A model generated the notes under the pieces. It did not search any database. It was not told the origin of the DNA and saw only the letters and a program-made list of their open reading frames with translations. The translations under genes were made by a program, and so were the position numbers. This document shows, piece by piece, positions 45,076 through 54,134 of a stretch of 64,000 nucleotides of DNA; position 1 is the stretch's first letter, and each line of letters begins with the position of its first letter. This DNA comes from a virus: positions 1 to 64,000 of the IMG/VR virus record IMGVR_UViG_3300030012_001865; one strand, 5' to 3'.

Positions 45076-45264
45076 ATGAAAAACGCTACACTTACAGAAT
45101 ACTTACAAGCAAGGATACAAACGCTTGAGACAGAAAATAAAAAGCTTAGAAAAGATAACATTACTCTAAGTAATAATAATTCAACTCTACTATGGAAATG
45201 TAGTGAGTTAGAACAACAAGTTGCTAACCTAAAACGAGAAAAGGTTGCAATGCAAACACGATAA
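45076..45264 (+). CDS. Small coiled-coil protein
   Basis: Heptad pattern LQARIQTLETENKKLRKDN. Confidence 0.65.
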   Translation: MKNATLTEYLQARIQTLETENKKLRKDNITLSNNNSTLLWKCSELEQQVANLKREKVAMQTR

Positions 45265-45329
45265 AGCATATGGTACAAGCACACTTATGTAATGGTGCTT
45301 GGCAGGTTCGATTCCTGCATGCTTTACTA
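45263..45329 (+). ncRNA. tRNA-like structure lacking a D-stem (tRNA mimic or degenerate tRNA)
   Basis: Acceptor AAAGCAT/ATGCTTT + A-CTA; T-arm GCAGG-TTCGATT-CCTGC; middle helix CAAGCAC/GTGCTTG with 12-nt loop; 6-nt ATGGTA in place of the D-arm. Confidence 0.65.
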
Positions 45330-45385
45330 TGCGTAAGCATAATCAACAACAATTATTTATTAATCAGTTAAAATTTAAAAGAAAA

Positions 45386-46081
45386 ATGGCTGAACAAACT
45401 CAAACAACAGCAGTAGCTCAAGAAGTTACAAATGCAACACCAGTAAAGATTCATGGTATTGTACCAACAGTTAACCCATCAGTGTTCCAACTTATCTTAC
45501 GTTCAGAGAACACAAAGCCTTCGGCAGCAGGTAGCGGACCAGAAGGATTCTCTATGTTCATGAGTACATATGCTCAAAATAATGTAGAGAAGAGAGTTAA
45601 GTATCACTCTGTAGATGCTAACTTCTTAGAAGCGTATGGTCTTGCTGAAGTTACACGTGACAACAATGGTAAACTAAAGAATGTAGAACTAAATGATGTT
45701 GACCCTGTATCAGGTGAGATGATTAGTGGTGCAGTAGAACTAAATAGTTTACTAAGAGTTAAGGATATTAAAAATCCTATCAATGGTAATTCTATTGTAC
45801 CTGAGAAATTACCTGAACACAAACTAGTTGTTACCGAGACATTTACACAGAAGTTTAACAAAGATGGTAATGGTATAGTTACATGGTCTCAAAAGCCTAA
45901 GCAGAATCCTTCTACTAAAGAAGTATTGTGTAATCAAGGCAAGCCAATTTATCGCAATGTAGATCTTACATTTGATATGTCAAGAGAAGATGTATACATC
46001 AAGCATGATGGTACAGAACCTATGACACCAACTAGTAATGATCCATTTGCTAACGGTACTCCAGATGGATTGATGGGGTAA
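45386..46081 (+). CDS. Conserved crAss-like early protein, possibly ssDNA-binding (start 45386 rather than 45299)
   Basis: PKQNPSTKEVLCNQGKPIYRN motif; A-rich leader before ATG 45386; flexible acidic tail. Confidence 0.65.
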   Translation: MAEQTQTTAVAQEVTNATPVKIHGIVPTVNPSVFQLILRSENTKPSAAGSGPEGFSMFMSTYAQNNVEKRVKYHSVDANFLEAYGLAEVTRDNNGKLKNVELNDVDPVSGEMISGAVELNSLLRVKDIKNPINGNSIVPEKLPEHKLVVTETFTQKFNKDGNGIVTWSQKPKQNPSTKEVLCNQGKPIYRNVDLTFDMSREDVYIKHDGTEPMTPTSNDPFANGTPDGLMG

Positions 46082-46093
46082 TTTGCAACTGAT

Positions 46094-46124
46094 AGACAGA
46101 GAGAGTAACATCTCTCTGTCTTTC
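46094..46124 (+). terminator. Terminator-like hairpin
   Basis: AGACAGAGAGA-GTAACA-TCTCTCTGTCT followed by TTC. Confidence 0.65.
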
Positions 46125-46138
46125 TAAAGCGATAAGTT

Positions 46139-46333
46139 ATGGCAAGTAGAATTAATATATCAATAGATGAGCTTACATCAATAAAAGCTCACACAGACGA
46201 AGATGGTGAAATCAAAAACTTTGACAACTTTATAGAGTGTCAATCACATTTTAGTAATGATATACTATCACAGTCTGAGTTAGATGAAATCGATAAATTT
46301 TATAAAGAATCTATTAAAGAAGATAAACAATGA
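46139..46333 (+). CDS. Hypothetical acidic protein
   Basis: ORF track; ATGA overlap with the next gene. Confidence 0.65.
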   Translation: MASRINISIDELTSIKAHTDEDGEIKNFDNFIECQSHFSNDILSQSELDEIDKFYKESIKEDKQ

Positions 46334-46572
46334 ACACATTTTTAATAATTGCAATTATGATATTGACTATTGTCAATATATTTATATCAAGTAAACTTAA
46401 AAGAGACTATCGTTTACATGAAATGAACATCACTAGTCTACAATCTGCAGAGTCATATGTTAGGACAAGACTAAACAAACTCGAGCAAGATGTATTTGAG
46501 TGTCAAACTAATCAGCTAAAGTTGACACCTGTGAAGAAGAAGCGTGGTAGACCAAGAAAAGATGGAAAGTAA
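46330..46572 (+). CDS. Small membrane-anchored protein with C-terminal AT-hook-like motif
   Basis: N-terminal TM helix; KKKRGRPRK. Confidence 0.7.
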   Translation: MNTFLIIAIMILTIVNIFISSKLKRDYRLHEMNITSLQSAESYVRTRLNKLEQDVFECQTNQLKLTPVKKKRGRPRKDGK

Positions 46573-46885
46573 TAAAGAGTTTATAACTCGTATGATGCTG
46601 TTTATCAACGAGTTACCACAAGATAAGAGGCGTGATATGTTCACGCTTCTTTCTTTTCTTGACTTTCAATTAACTATGCGAGATAACTTGTTTATTACAG
46701 AATTATTTGATAAACTTGACCTCCATTTACTAAATAAAATCGATTGGTATGGTAGAGCAAAACTCAAACAAGAAATTAGACAAGCGCTTAGAGATTTCTG
46801 TAAGACAAGTCAATATTCTTTCACGTTTCATGACAGTAACGAAAAACAAATGCAACAAGTTATGGGCAGTAGAGAAGATAAATGA
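46562..46885 (+). CDS. Hypothetical protein
   Basis: ORF track (ATG 46562 preferred over GTG 46544). Confidence 0.6.
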   Translation: MESNKEFITRMMLFINELPQDKRRDMFTLLSFLDFQLTMRDNLFITELFDKLDLHLLNKIDWYGRAKLKQEIRQALRDFCKTSQYSFTFHDSNEKQMQQVMGSREDK

Positions 46886-46914
46886 CATATTAAAAATACT
46901 AAATAAAGATCTAA

Positions 46915-48783
46915 ATGATAAAGTTCGTAGGAAATCCAAAACTTCTTGATTGTTGCGAAGTTGTAACAATACAAGACGTAGTAGACTATTGCAATAGTAT
47001 AGATATTATTGCTGTAGATACAGAAACAACGGGTCTTAATCATATAGATGATAGTATGATTATGTTACAGATTGGCGATGACGAGCAACAGTTTGTTATT
47101 GACACCAGATGTGTAGATATAGAACCACTTAGAGATATACTAGAAGGTTATACGCTTAAGATACTACACAATGTTAAGTTCGATTATAAGTTCTTACGAC
47201 AATATAATATCAGACTTAATAATGTGTGGGATACTATGCTAACATCACAAGTTATACATTGTGGTAAAGAGTTATCACATAGTTTATCTAATGTATTATC
47301 TAGGGAGCTTGGTATAGAGATGGACAAGAGTGTAAGAACTAATTTTATCTCTAAAGGTAGTGATGAGTTTACAGAATCTGAGATAGTATATGGTGCTAGA
47401 GATATAGAACATCTTATACAACTGTATAATAATCAACAAATTACAGTTACAAAGCACAATCTTACAAACACTGCACAGCTTGAGAACAGAGCTGCGCTAG
47501 CATATGCAGATATAGAATATAATGGTATTGGATTAGATAAAGATAACTGGCTTAGACTTGCAAAGCAAGCAGCATATAAAGTTACAAGTATGTGTGATAT
47601 ACTTGACACATTTATAGAATCTAATCCAAAGCTTAATAAGTTTGTAGATGACTATGTGCAAGGTGATTTGTTTATGGATGTATCACAGTTGAGAAAAGTA
47701 AATGTAAAATGGTCATCACCAAAACAAGTGCTAGATGTATTTAAAACATATGGGCTTGACATAACAGATGTGAATGCTAAGAACTTAAATGTGCATAGCA
47801 AGAATGATTTTGTCAAAACATATATTAAATACAAAGAGCAGGCCAAACTAGCTACTAGTTATGGTGATAAGTTCCTTGAGAATGTAGATAGTGACGGTAG
47901 AATCCGTACAAGTTTTAAACAAATACTAAATACAGGTAGGGTTGCATCAGGTAAACCTAACATGCAGCAGATACCTGCAGACAATGATTATCGTAACTGC
48001 TTTGTTAGTGGTGAAGATGATTATGTATTTGTATCAGGCGACTACAGCTCACAGGAGTTATGTATTATAGCCACAGGGAGTAAAGATCCTGTGTGGATTA
48101 AGGCGTTAGAAGATGGAGAAGATCTTCATAGCGTGTGTGCAGATTTAGTTTATGGTAAAGAATGGCAAGATGCAGCAGAGCCTGACTGTGCTTACATGCA
48201 GTCAAAAGCTAAATGCAATTGCAGTAAACACAAGAAGCTGCGCACAAATGTAAAGAGTATAAACTTCGGTTTAGCCTATGGTATGGGCCCACACAAACTA
48301 GCTGACACATTGCTTATCAGTATCAAAGAAGCAGAGAGATTAATTGCAAAATACTTTACAGCATTTCCTGCAATCAAAAACTTTCTTGAGTCTCTTGGTA
48401 ATTATGGTAAGCAGAATGGGCATATCAAAACATATGCACCATATCGTCGTATCAGATGGTTTGATGCGTGGGATGGTGACAAGACAGACAAAGCTATGAT
48501 GGGTAAGATAGAGCGTGCTAGCAAGAACACACCTATACAGGGTAGTGGTGCTGACATGTGTAAGTCTGCGCTTATTATGGTGCGTGATCACATTTATGAG
48601 AACGATTTGCCTGTTAAACTAGTTATGACTGTTCACGATCAGATCGACACTATTGTACATGAGAGCTATGCTCACACATGGTGCAAAGAGTTGCGTGAGA
48701 TTATGGAGAAGTCTACACTAGATATTATACCATCAGGGCTACTAAAAGCAGAAACAGAAATATCAACAGTATGGAAAAAGTAA
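46915..48783 (+). CDS. polA: DNA polymerase family A with 3'-5' exonuclease (no 5'-3' exo domain)
   Basis: DTET, HNVKFD, YGARD exo motifs; TGRVAS..PNMQQIP; DYSSQE; RTNVKSINFGLAYG; NTPIQGSGAD; VHD. Confidence 0.95.
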   Translation: MIKFVGNPKLLDCCEVVTIQDVVDYCNSIDIIAVDTETTGLNHIDDSMIMLQIGDDEQQFVIDTRCVDIEPLRDILEGYTLKILHNVKFDYKFLRQYNIRLNNVWDTMLTSQVIHCGKELSHSLSNVLSRELGIEMDKSVRTNFISKGSDEFTESEIVYGARDIEHLIQLYNNQQITVTKHNLTNTAQLENRAALAYADIEYNGIGLDKDNWLRLAKQAAYKVTSMCDILDTFIESNPKLNKFVDDYVQGDLFMDVSQLRKVNVKWSSPKQVLDVFKTYGLDITDVNAKNLNVHSKNDFVKTYIKYKEQAKLATSYGDKFLENVDSDGRIRTSFKQILNTGRVASGKPNMQQIPADNDYRNCFVSGEDDYVFVSGDYSSQELCIIATGSKDPVWIKALEDGEDLHSVCADLVYGKEWQDAAEPDCAYMQSKAKCNCSKHKKLRTNVKSINFGLAYGMGPHKLADTLLISIKEAERLIAKYFTAFPAIKNFLESLGNYGKQNGHIKTYAPYRRIRWFDAWDGDKTDKAMMGKIERASKNTPIQGSGADMCKSALIMVRDHIYENDLPVKLVMTVHDQIDTIVHESYAHTWCKELREIMEKSTLDIIPSGLLKAETEISTVWKK

Positions 48784-49949
48784 GTAGTAGGACAGAGAGG
48801 CAGCTTGAGATAGTTCAAAAGTTTGCTGATAACAAAGGTAGAGGTACATTGCTAGCAGCTACAGGCTTCGGTAAGACATTTACAGCAATCATGGTTATTA
48901 TACGATTGCTAAAGTCTAGACCAGAAGGCAAGGTTGTTATTGTTGTGCCTACAATTAACCTCAAGAATCAGTGGAAGAAAGAACTTAAGAAAAGCAAGGT
49001 GCACAAGAACTGTGATGTTATTGTAATTAATACTGCATACAAAACTAAGCAGTCATGTGATCTACTAATATGTGACGAGATACATGCGTACGGTGCGGAA
49101 CAGTTTATCAAGGTGTTTGACAAGATTACATATGATTATATCTTCGGCCTCACAGCTACGATAGAGCGTTCAGATGGTATGCACGAGGTGCTACTACAGT
49201 ATGCACCTGTTATTGACGAGGTAGCTATTGACGAGTGTCATGCAAATGGCTGGGTTAGTGATTACCTTGTGTATAATCTAGCCGTGCCTATGTATGATGA
49301 CGAGCAAGAAGACTATGACAAAGCCAATAAGCAGTTTAGATATGCTGCAGGTAGGCTAGGTTTTGGCGGCGCGCAGTCATTTAACAATGCACGTAAGTAT
49401 CTACAAGATAAAAGTGCAGACCCAGCAATGCGTGCTGTCGCAGCTGTATATTATAATTCCATGCGTAAGCGTGGTGATATATGTAAGAACTCTCAAGCAA
49501 AGATACCTGTTATTAAACAGTTGCTTGAGAAGTTTGACGATCGCAAGGCTCTATTGTTCAGTGCATCTACAGATTTTGCAGATGCTGTACAAGAAGAGCT
49601 AGGTGAGATGTGTTTGAGTTTCCATAGCAAGCGAACCAAGAAACAACAGGTAGAAATCCTCAAGAAATTTAAGGATGGACGTACAAAACAACGTGTAATC
49701 AGCAGTGTCAAAGCTCTGAATGCAGGTTTTGATGTACCTGATTGTTCTCTTGGTATCGTGGCTGCAGGTAATTCTAAGAAACTAGATAACATACAGCGTA
49801 CAGGTCGTATCATTCGTTATGTACCAGGCAAGACAGCAGTTATTATTAATCTCTATGCACCTAACACGCAGGAAGTCTCGTGGCTTAACAAGCGACAAGA
49901 AGGACAGAATGTAGTGTGGGCTGAGAGCATAGAAGAAATTACAGTATAA
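48771..49949 (+). CDS. Superfamily 2 helicase
   Basis: ATGFGKT, DEIH, GLTAT, GFDVP, QRTGRIIR. Confidence 0.92.
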   Translation: MEKVSSRTERQLEIVQKFADNKGRGTLLAATGFGKTFTAIMVIIRLLKSRPEGKVVIVVPTINLKNQWKKELKKSKVHKNCDVIVINTAYKTKQSCDLLICDEIHAYGAEQFIKVFDKITYDYIFGLTATIERSDGMHEVLLQYAPVIDEVAIDECHANGWVSDYLVYNLAVPMYDDEQEDYDKANKQFRYAAGRLGFGGAQSFNNARKYLQDKSADPAMRAVAAVYYNSMRKRGDICKNSQAKIPVIKQLLEKFDDRKALLFSASTDFADAVQEELGEMCLSFHSKRTKKQQVEILKKFKDGRTKQRVISSVKALNAGFDVPDCSLGIVAAGNSKKLDNIQRTGRIIRYVPGKTAVIINLYAPNTQEVSWLNKRQEGQNVVWAESIEEITV

Positions 49950-50092
49950 TGGAGGATAAATTAAAAGTGCTAATTAAAATTGTAGATGCCCAGCAGAAAC
50001 AATTAGAAATAAATCAGCAGCAGATAAGTGCAATGACAAAAGAATATGTCAAGCTTGCTGCTTTAATAGATAAATTAGGCAAGAGTGATTAA
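49949..50092 (+). CDS. Small coiled-coil protein, 47 aa (not in ORF track)
   Basis: MEDKLKVLIKIVDAQQKQLEINQQQISAMTKEYVKLAALIDKLGKSD*; TAATG overlap with the helicase stop. Confidence 0.6.
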   Translation: MEDKLKVLIKIVDAQQKQLEINQQQISAMTKEYVKLAALIDKLGKSD

Positions 50093-50277
50093 CGGTTAAA
50101 CTCAGATAATCCCAGTTACCGAGCGTAAGACTTCGATACCAAACCTGGGAGCCTATTTTAATACGTGAGCAAGCTACGTGAACGCTGCATCGTGTTCTGA
50201 TTAGGGGAGTAAAGGTTTTTAAACAAATCGTCTGAGGTTATACTTTGCTCCTCTAATCATTAACTAAACCATATATC

Positions 50278-50457
50278 ATGGAAGTATTTATAGGAGTATT
50301 ATGTGTCATATTATTATATGTGGCATACGAAACATTAAAATTAAAGCAAAAACAAAAAGAAAATGAGCGTAGAAGAAAACAAAGAAAGACTGGATCGCCA
50401 CGAAAAGGTAATCGAAAAACTAATCGATCAAATAGCAAAGCTGCAAATAGCAAATAA
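50278..50457 (+). CDS. Small membrane-anchored protein, 59 aa (not in ORF track)
   Basis: MEVFIGVLCVILLYVAYETLKLK...; N-terminal TM helix. Confidence 0.5.
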   Translation: MEVFIGVLCVILLYVAYETLKLKQKQKENERRRKQRKTGSPRKGNRKTNRSNSKAANSK

Positions 50458-50533
50458 TATACAAAACTTTCTCAACGATGTTAATTCAAAAGACACAGAG
50501 AAAGACATTTCTGATACGTCCCTCAGGTCGTAG
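50363..50533 (+). CDS. Small coiled-coil protein, 56 aa (not in ORF track)
   Basis: MSVEENKERLDRHEKVIEKLIDQIAKLQIANN...; overlaps both neighbours. Confidence 0.45.
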   Translation: MSVEENKERLDRHEKVIEKLIDQIAKLQIANNIQNFLNDVNSKDTEKDISDTSLRS

Positions 50534-51335
50534 CACAGATTTTATCTCCCCTTCCTTTGGCTATGGCTGCTTATATAATTGCTCATATTGTTATATGAAG
50601 CGCCATAAGCCTGAAGGGTTGAGTGTAGCAACAAACATACATGATATACTTACAGAGCTTAACAACCATGCATACTTCACACCAGTGGAGAAACCCAACC
50701 AGACACATGCAGACTACACTACGTACGACATCAGTTGTAACGAAGACTTTGCACTGCATGCTAAATATTATGATTGGGAAAGGATCTTTGAGTTTTTTAG
50801 AGATCATCCTATTGCAATGGGTAGTTTTGCTACTAAGTATGTCAACCCTAAATTACTAAACTTTGATCCGCAAGGTAAAGTACGAGTTAGATTTAGTTTG
50901 ATGCCACAGTATATGTCAACATTGCACGAGCCAGGCACATCTAAGATCATAGATAGAATCAAAGCTATCAATGCATTTATAGAAGCAGGCTATGATGTGC
51001 ATGTTAACTTTAGTCCTGTTATCGTAGAAGATAACTGGCTAGAGGATTACGAAGAACTGTTTAATATGCTCAACGATTATGTTGAGTATAAAGATCAGGT
51101 ATTAGCAGAAGTAATATTTTTAACACATAATGAAAAGAAACATGAAGCGAATTTAGAAAAACACCCTGAAACAGAAGTACACCTATGGAATCCTGTAATA
51201 CAGGAAGAGAAAATCTCGCAATACGGTGGAACAAACGTAAGGTATGCTAGACATGTAAAGCATTTGTACATAGATGCATTTAAAGCTTTACATGACAAGA
51301 TTATACCTTGGAACACAATAAGATATATATTTTAG
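50478..51335 (+). CDS. splB: Spore photoproduct lyase-like radical SAM enzyme
   Basis: GCLYNCSYCY (CxxxCxxC), YDISCNED (equivalent of SplB FEASCTSD with the H-donor Cys), FATK, RVRFSL, EPGTS...RI.A. Confidence 0.85.
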   Translation: MLIQKTQRKTFLIRPSGRSTDFISPSFGYGCLYNCSYCYMKRHKPEGLSVATNIHDILTELNNHAYFTPVEKPNQTHADYTTYDISCNEDFALHAKYYDWERIFEFFRDHPIAMGSFATKYVNPKLLNFDPQGKVRVRFSLMPQYMSTLHEPGTSKIIDRIKAINAFIEAGYDVHVNFSPVIVEDNWLEDYEELFNMLNDYVEYKDQVLAEVIFLTHNEKKHEANLEKHPETEVHLWNPVIQEEKISQYGGTNVRYARHVKHLYIDAFKALHDKIIPWNTIRYIF

Positions 51336-51336
51336 T

Positions 51337-51549
51337 ATGAAGAAAGGATACCACGAGTATACTCCTGTAGTTAAAGAGGAGAAAGTTAAGAAAAAAGAGA
51401 AGGATACAACAGGATTAGTTACAACAGACGTATTCCAACTCCAGTTTGGGTTTGAATATCCAAAAGTAGCACCAAAATATAGTTACGTTAAAACAATTAG
51501 ATACCCTAAAACAGACGGAAGCAATGGCAAAATTAGTAGATTTCGCTGA
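51337..51549 (+). CDS. Hypothetical basic protein
   Basis: ORF track; operonic. Confidence 0.6.
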   Translation: MKKGYHEYTPVVKEEKVKKKEKDTTGLVTTDVFQLQFGFEYPKVAPKYSYVKTIRYPKTDGSNGKISRFR

Positions 51550-52276
51550 TCTGGGCCACATAAAGGTACCAGAGAGAACAGAGACTTACATACCAGTAAG
51601 TCATCAAGAATTAGTAACAAAAATTAAAGAAGCAGGTACAAAGCATTACAATACTGCACCTTTTGAAGAGAAGCTAGAGGTAAATCATAGAGGCCAACAG
51701 ATGTTTGGTAGTATGACATTCCATGATGGCTCTAATCTAAGGGCAGATGGTAGTGGTATGAATAGAAGTATTGGCTTTCGTAATTCTTATGACAAGACAT
51801 TACCTATAGGTGTATGTGGCGGAGCATCAGTATATGTATGCTCTAACCTTATGTTTACAGGTGATATTATTAAGATGCGTAAACACACGCAGAATGTAGA
51901 AGAAGATTTAGATATTCTTATACAAAAGTTATTTGATGACGTAGATAGACGTTATAACGAAGCTATTGCAGCTAGAGAGACTATGTCAGAGATACATTTT
52001 AGCGATATAGACGCAGGTAATTATTTTGGACAATTATTCGTAAATCAAGGTGTTTTGAATGGTTCACAGCTAAACAAAGCAACTAAAGAATGGTTTAAAT
52101 CCCCTGTGTTTACTGAGCGTACAGCGTGGTCTGCATATAATGCATGTACAGAAGCACTCAAAGCTGCGCACCCTATGAATGCTTTGGAAAAGTATACCAA
52201 ATTACATACATTTACAGAAGAATTTACGATAGACCCTTATCTTGAGATGTTAAATCACCAGAGTCTACCGTTCTAA
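51524..52276 (+). CDS. DUF932-family protein
   Basis: YIPVSH, IGFRNSYD, VYVCSN, MRKHT, TAWSAYNACTE. Confidence 0.8.
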   Translation: MAKLVDFADLGHIKVPERTETYIPVSHQELVTKIKEAGTKHYNTAPFEEKLEVNHRGQQMFGSMTFHDGSNLRADGSGMNRSIGFRNSYDKTLPIGVCGGASVYVCSNLMFTGDIIKMRKHTQNVEEDLDILIQKLFDDVDRRYNEAIAARETMSEIHFSDIDAGNYFGQLFVNQGVLNGSQLNKATKEWFKSPVFTERTAWSAYNACTEALKAAHPMNALEKYTKLHTFTEEFTIDPYLEMLNHQSLPF

Positions 52277-52285
52277 TATAAATGT

Positions 52286-52513
52286 ATGAAGAAAAGTCCT
52301 TATAATGGTAAGCACGTAAATCTTAATGAAATAAGACATTTATACAACGTGTTAAAATTTTATTATGATGACTTAGAATCTCTTAATATTGATGCAGTTA
52401 CAGATATAATGCGTATGGAATTTGGTTGCAAAGTCAGCAGAAATGACGTATATTTATATCTTGTTACTGCGCAATATTGGGATGATGACGGCAATTTATT
52501 ATGTCATGAGTAA
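52286..52513 (+). CDS. Hypothetical protein
   Basis: ORF track. Confidence 0.6.
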   Translation: MKKSPYNGKHVNLNEIRHLYNVLKFYYDDLESLNIDAVTDIMRMEFGCKVSRNDVYLYLVTAQYWDDDGNLLCHE

Positions 52514-52682
52514 CTGTATTGAGTGTAATAACGAATTAAGATGTTTATCAGATGATGTGCTGATGAATTTAACTGAAGAGGAACTAGATAAATATTTAAA
52601 CTGCGATGAAAGTGTCTTTAAACTTGACAAAGTTGAAGGGCAACAAACTGACTCCAAGCGAGTTTGTTTACATGTTAATTAA
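52506..52682 (+). CDS. Small hypothetical protein (MSNCIECNNELRC...)
   Basis: Internal ATG of track ORF 52422-52682; fills the operon gap. Confidence 0.45.
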   Translation: MSNCIECNNELRCLSDDVLMNLTEEELDKYLNCDESVFKLDKVEGQQTDSKRVCLHVN

Positions 52683-53145
52683 AAGCGAAAGCGGTAAACA
52701 ACTCGAAAAATACCTAGAAATCCTACCTATAGACGAGAACAAATTAGAGAAGCGTGGCTTTGTTAAGATAATGCCCGATAACTCTCTTACGCTCCGTCAA
52801 AAAGCGTTGGATCTATTTAAGGTACGAGGATGTGAAGATTGTTGGAATCAATTTGCATTGGCCTACCCACGCAAGGACCAAGGCCGTCCACTACACAATG
52901 ATATGAAGCGCAACAAGCTTAAGTACATAGCATTGATAGAGCGTAATCCAGATCTGCATGATACTATAATTAAAGCTATAGAAGCTGAACTAGAAGATAG
53001 AAAGCGTGCTAGTTGGTCTGGTGAATTCCGTCCTAGATGGAAGATGATGTCATCATACCTAAACCAAGAAGCTTGGACTATGTATGAGAATGTTGAAATA
53101 GAGAAACCTAAAACAGATAATAACTATGGAGAAGACTTAATATGA
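52606..53145 (+). CDS. Putative replication initiator / helicase loader
   Basis: wHTH-like N-terminus, W..F..AYP, SYLNQEAW; directly upstream of DnaB. Confidence 0.6.
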   Translation: MKVSLNLTKLKGNKLTPSEFVYMLIKSESGKQLEKYLEILPIDENKLEKRGFVKIMPDNSLTLRQKALDLFKVRGCEDCWNQFALAYPRKDQGRPLHNDMKRNKLKYIALIERNPDLHDTIIKAIEAELEDRKRASWSGEFRPRWKMMSSYLNQEAWTMYENVEIEKPKTDNNYGEDLI

Positions 53146-54134
53146 GCGAAGAACACAAACCATTACCATGGAGACATATATCAAAAGCATCTAATGCAGC
53201 ACTGCGCTACATAGATGGTAGACGTAAAGGTGAAATTAAATCTTTAACCACGCCGTGGAAGAAGTTTAATAACATATCTATGGGTGGTATAGAATGGCAG
53301 ACTATCACAACTATTGCTGGTATGTCTGGTAGCGGTAAGACTGCAATACTCGGTCAGCTTGAGACAGGACTAAAAGACCTGAATCAAGAAGACGATTTTG
53401 CAATACTATCATTTAATTTCGAGATGTTATCCTCACGGCTGATTGGCCGTAAGCTTAGTAATAAGATGAATATTACTACACAGCAGCTGTATAGTGCGTC
53501 AGAGACATTTAAACTCAATGACAATTACTATATGAATGCAGTACAGGAAGCTCGTAAATTAAATAAGTATGATATAAACTATGTAGATATACCAGGTAGT
53601 GTCAAATCTCTAGAAGCTACAATACTAGCTTTTGCAAAAGAGAAAGACAAGCCTGTTATAATTATGCTAGATCATACTCTACTTGTAAAGAAGGCAGGTG
53701 GTGCACAAGACAGAGATCTGTTGTACGATTTGATGGCTATGTTCAATGGCCTCAAAAAGATTATTAGAGTTGCATTTATTCTAATATCACAGATGAATCG
53801 TAACATAGAAGCGTCAGAGCGCATACAAAACCCTGATTTACACTACCCTAAGAAACAAGACATTTTCGGTGCAGATGCATGCTATATGTATTCTGACATT
53901 GTTGTGGTAACACACAGGCCAGAGATGTTAGGTATTAGGGCATACGGACCAAAGCGTTGGCCTACAGATAATGCTATATTTTGGCACTATCTAAAGGTAC
54001 GCGAGGGTGAGCCATGCATTGCTCTTATGGAGAATGACTTGGCACACAATCAAATACTAGATGCTAAACCACCAAATTACTCGAGCAATGAAAGTAAAGA
54101 AGTACGAGAAGATAGTATCAAAGATACTACTTAA
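53142..54134 (+). CDS. dnaB: Replicative DnaB-like (SF4) helicase
   Basis: GMSGSGKT, FNFEM, IMLDH, ISQMNR, KVREG. Confidence 0.88.
   Translation: MSEEHKPLPWRHISKASNAALRYIDGRRKGEIKSLTTPWKKFNNISMGGIEWQTITTIAGMSGSGKTAILGQLETGLKDLNQEDDFAILSFNFEMLSSRLIGRKLSNKMNITTQQLYSASETFKLNDNYYMNAVQEARKLNKYDINYVDIPGSVKSLEATILAFAKEKDKPVIIMLDHTLLVKKAGGAQDRDLLYDLMAMFNGLKKIIRVAFILISQMNRNIEASERIQNPDLHYPKKQDIFGADACYMYSDIVVVTHRPEMLGIRAYGPKRWPTDNAIFWHYLKVREGEPCIALMENDLAHNQILDAKPPNYSSNESKEVREDSIKDTT

Noticed and set aside
45263-45345. Functional canonical tRNA, or a tRNA-linked theta (HDV-like) ribozyme
   Set aside because: There is no D-stem or 7-nt anticodon loop, and the downstream sequence is only a short hairpin and an A-rich leader
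39401-48783. Introns or inteins in terL or polA
   Set aside because: Both are continuous and of normal length, with no intein or homing endonuclease motifs
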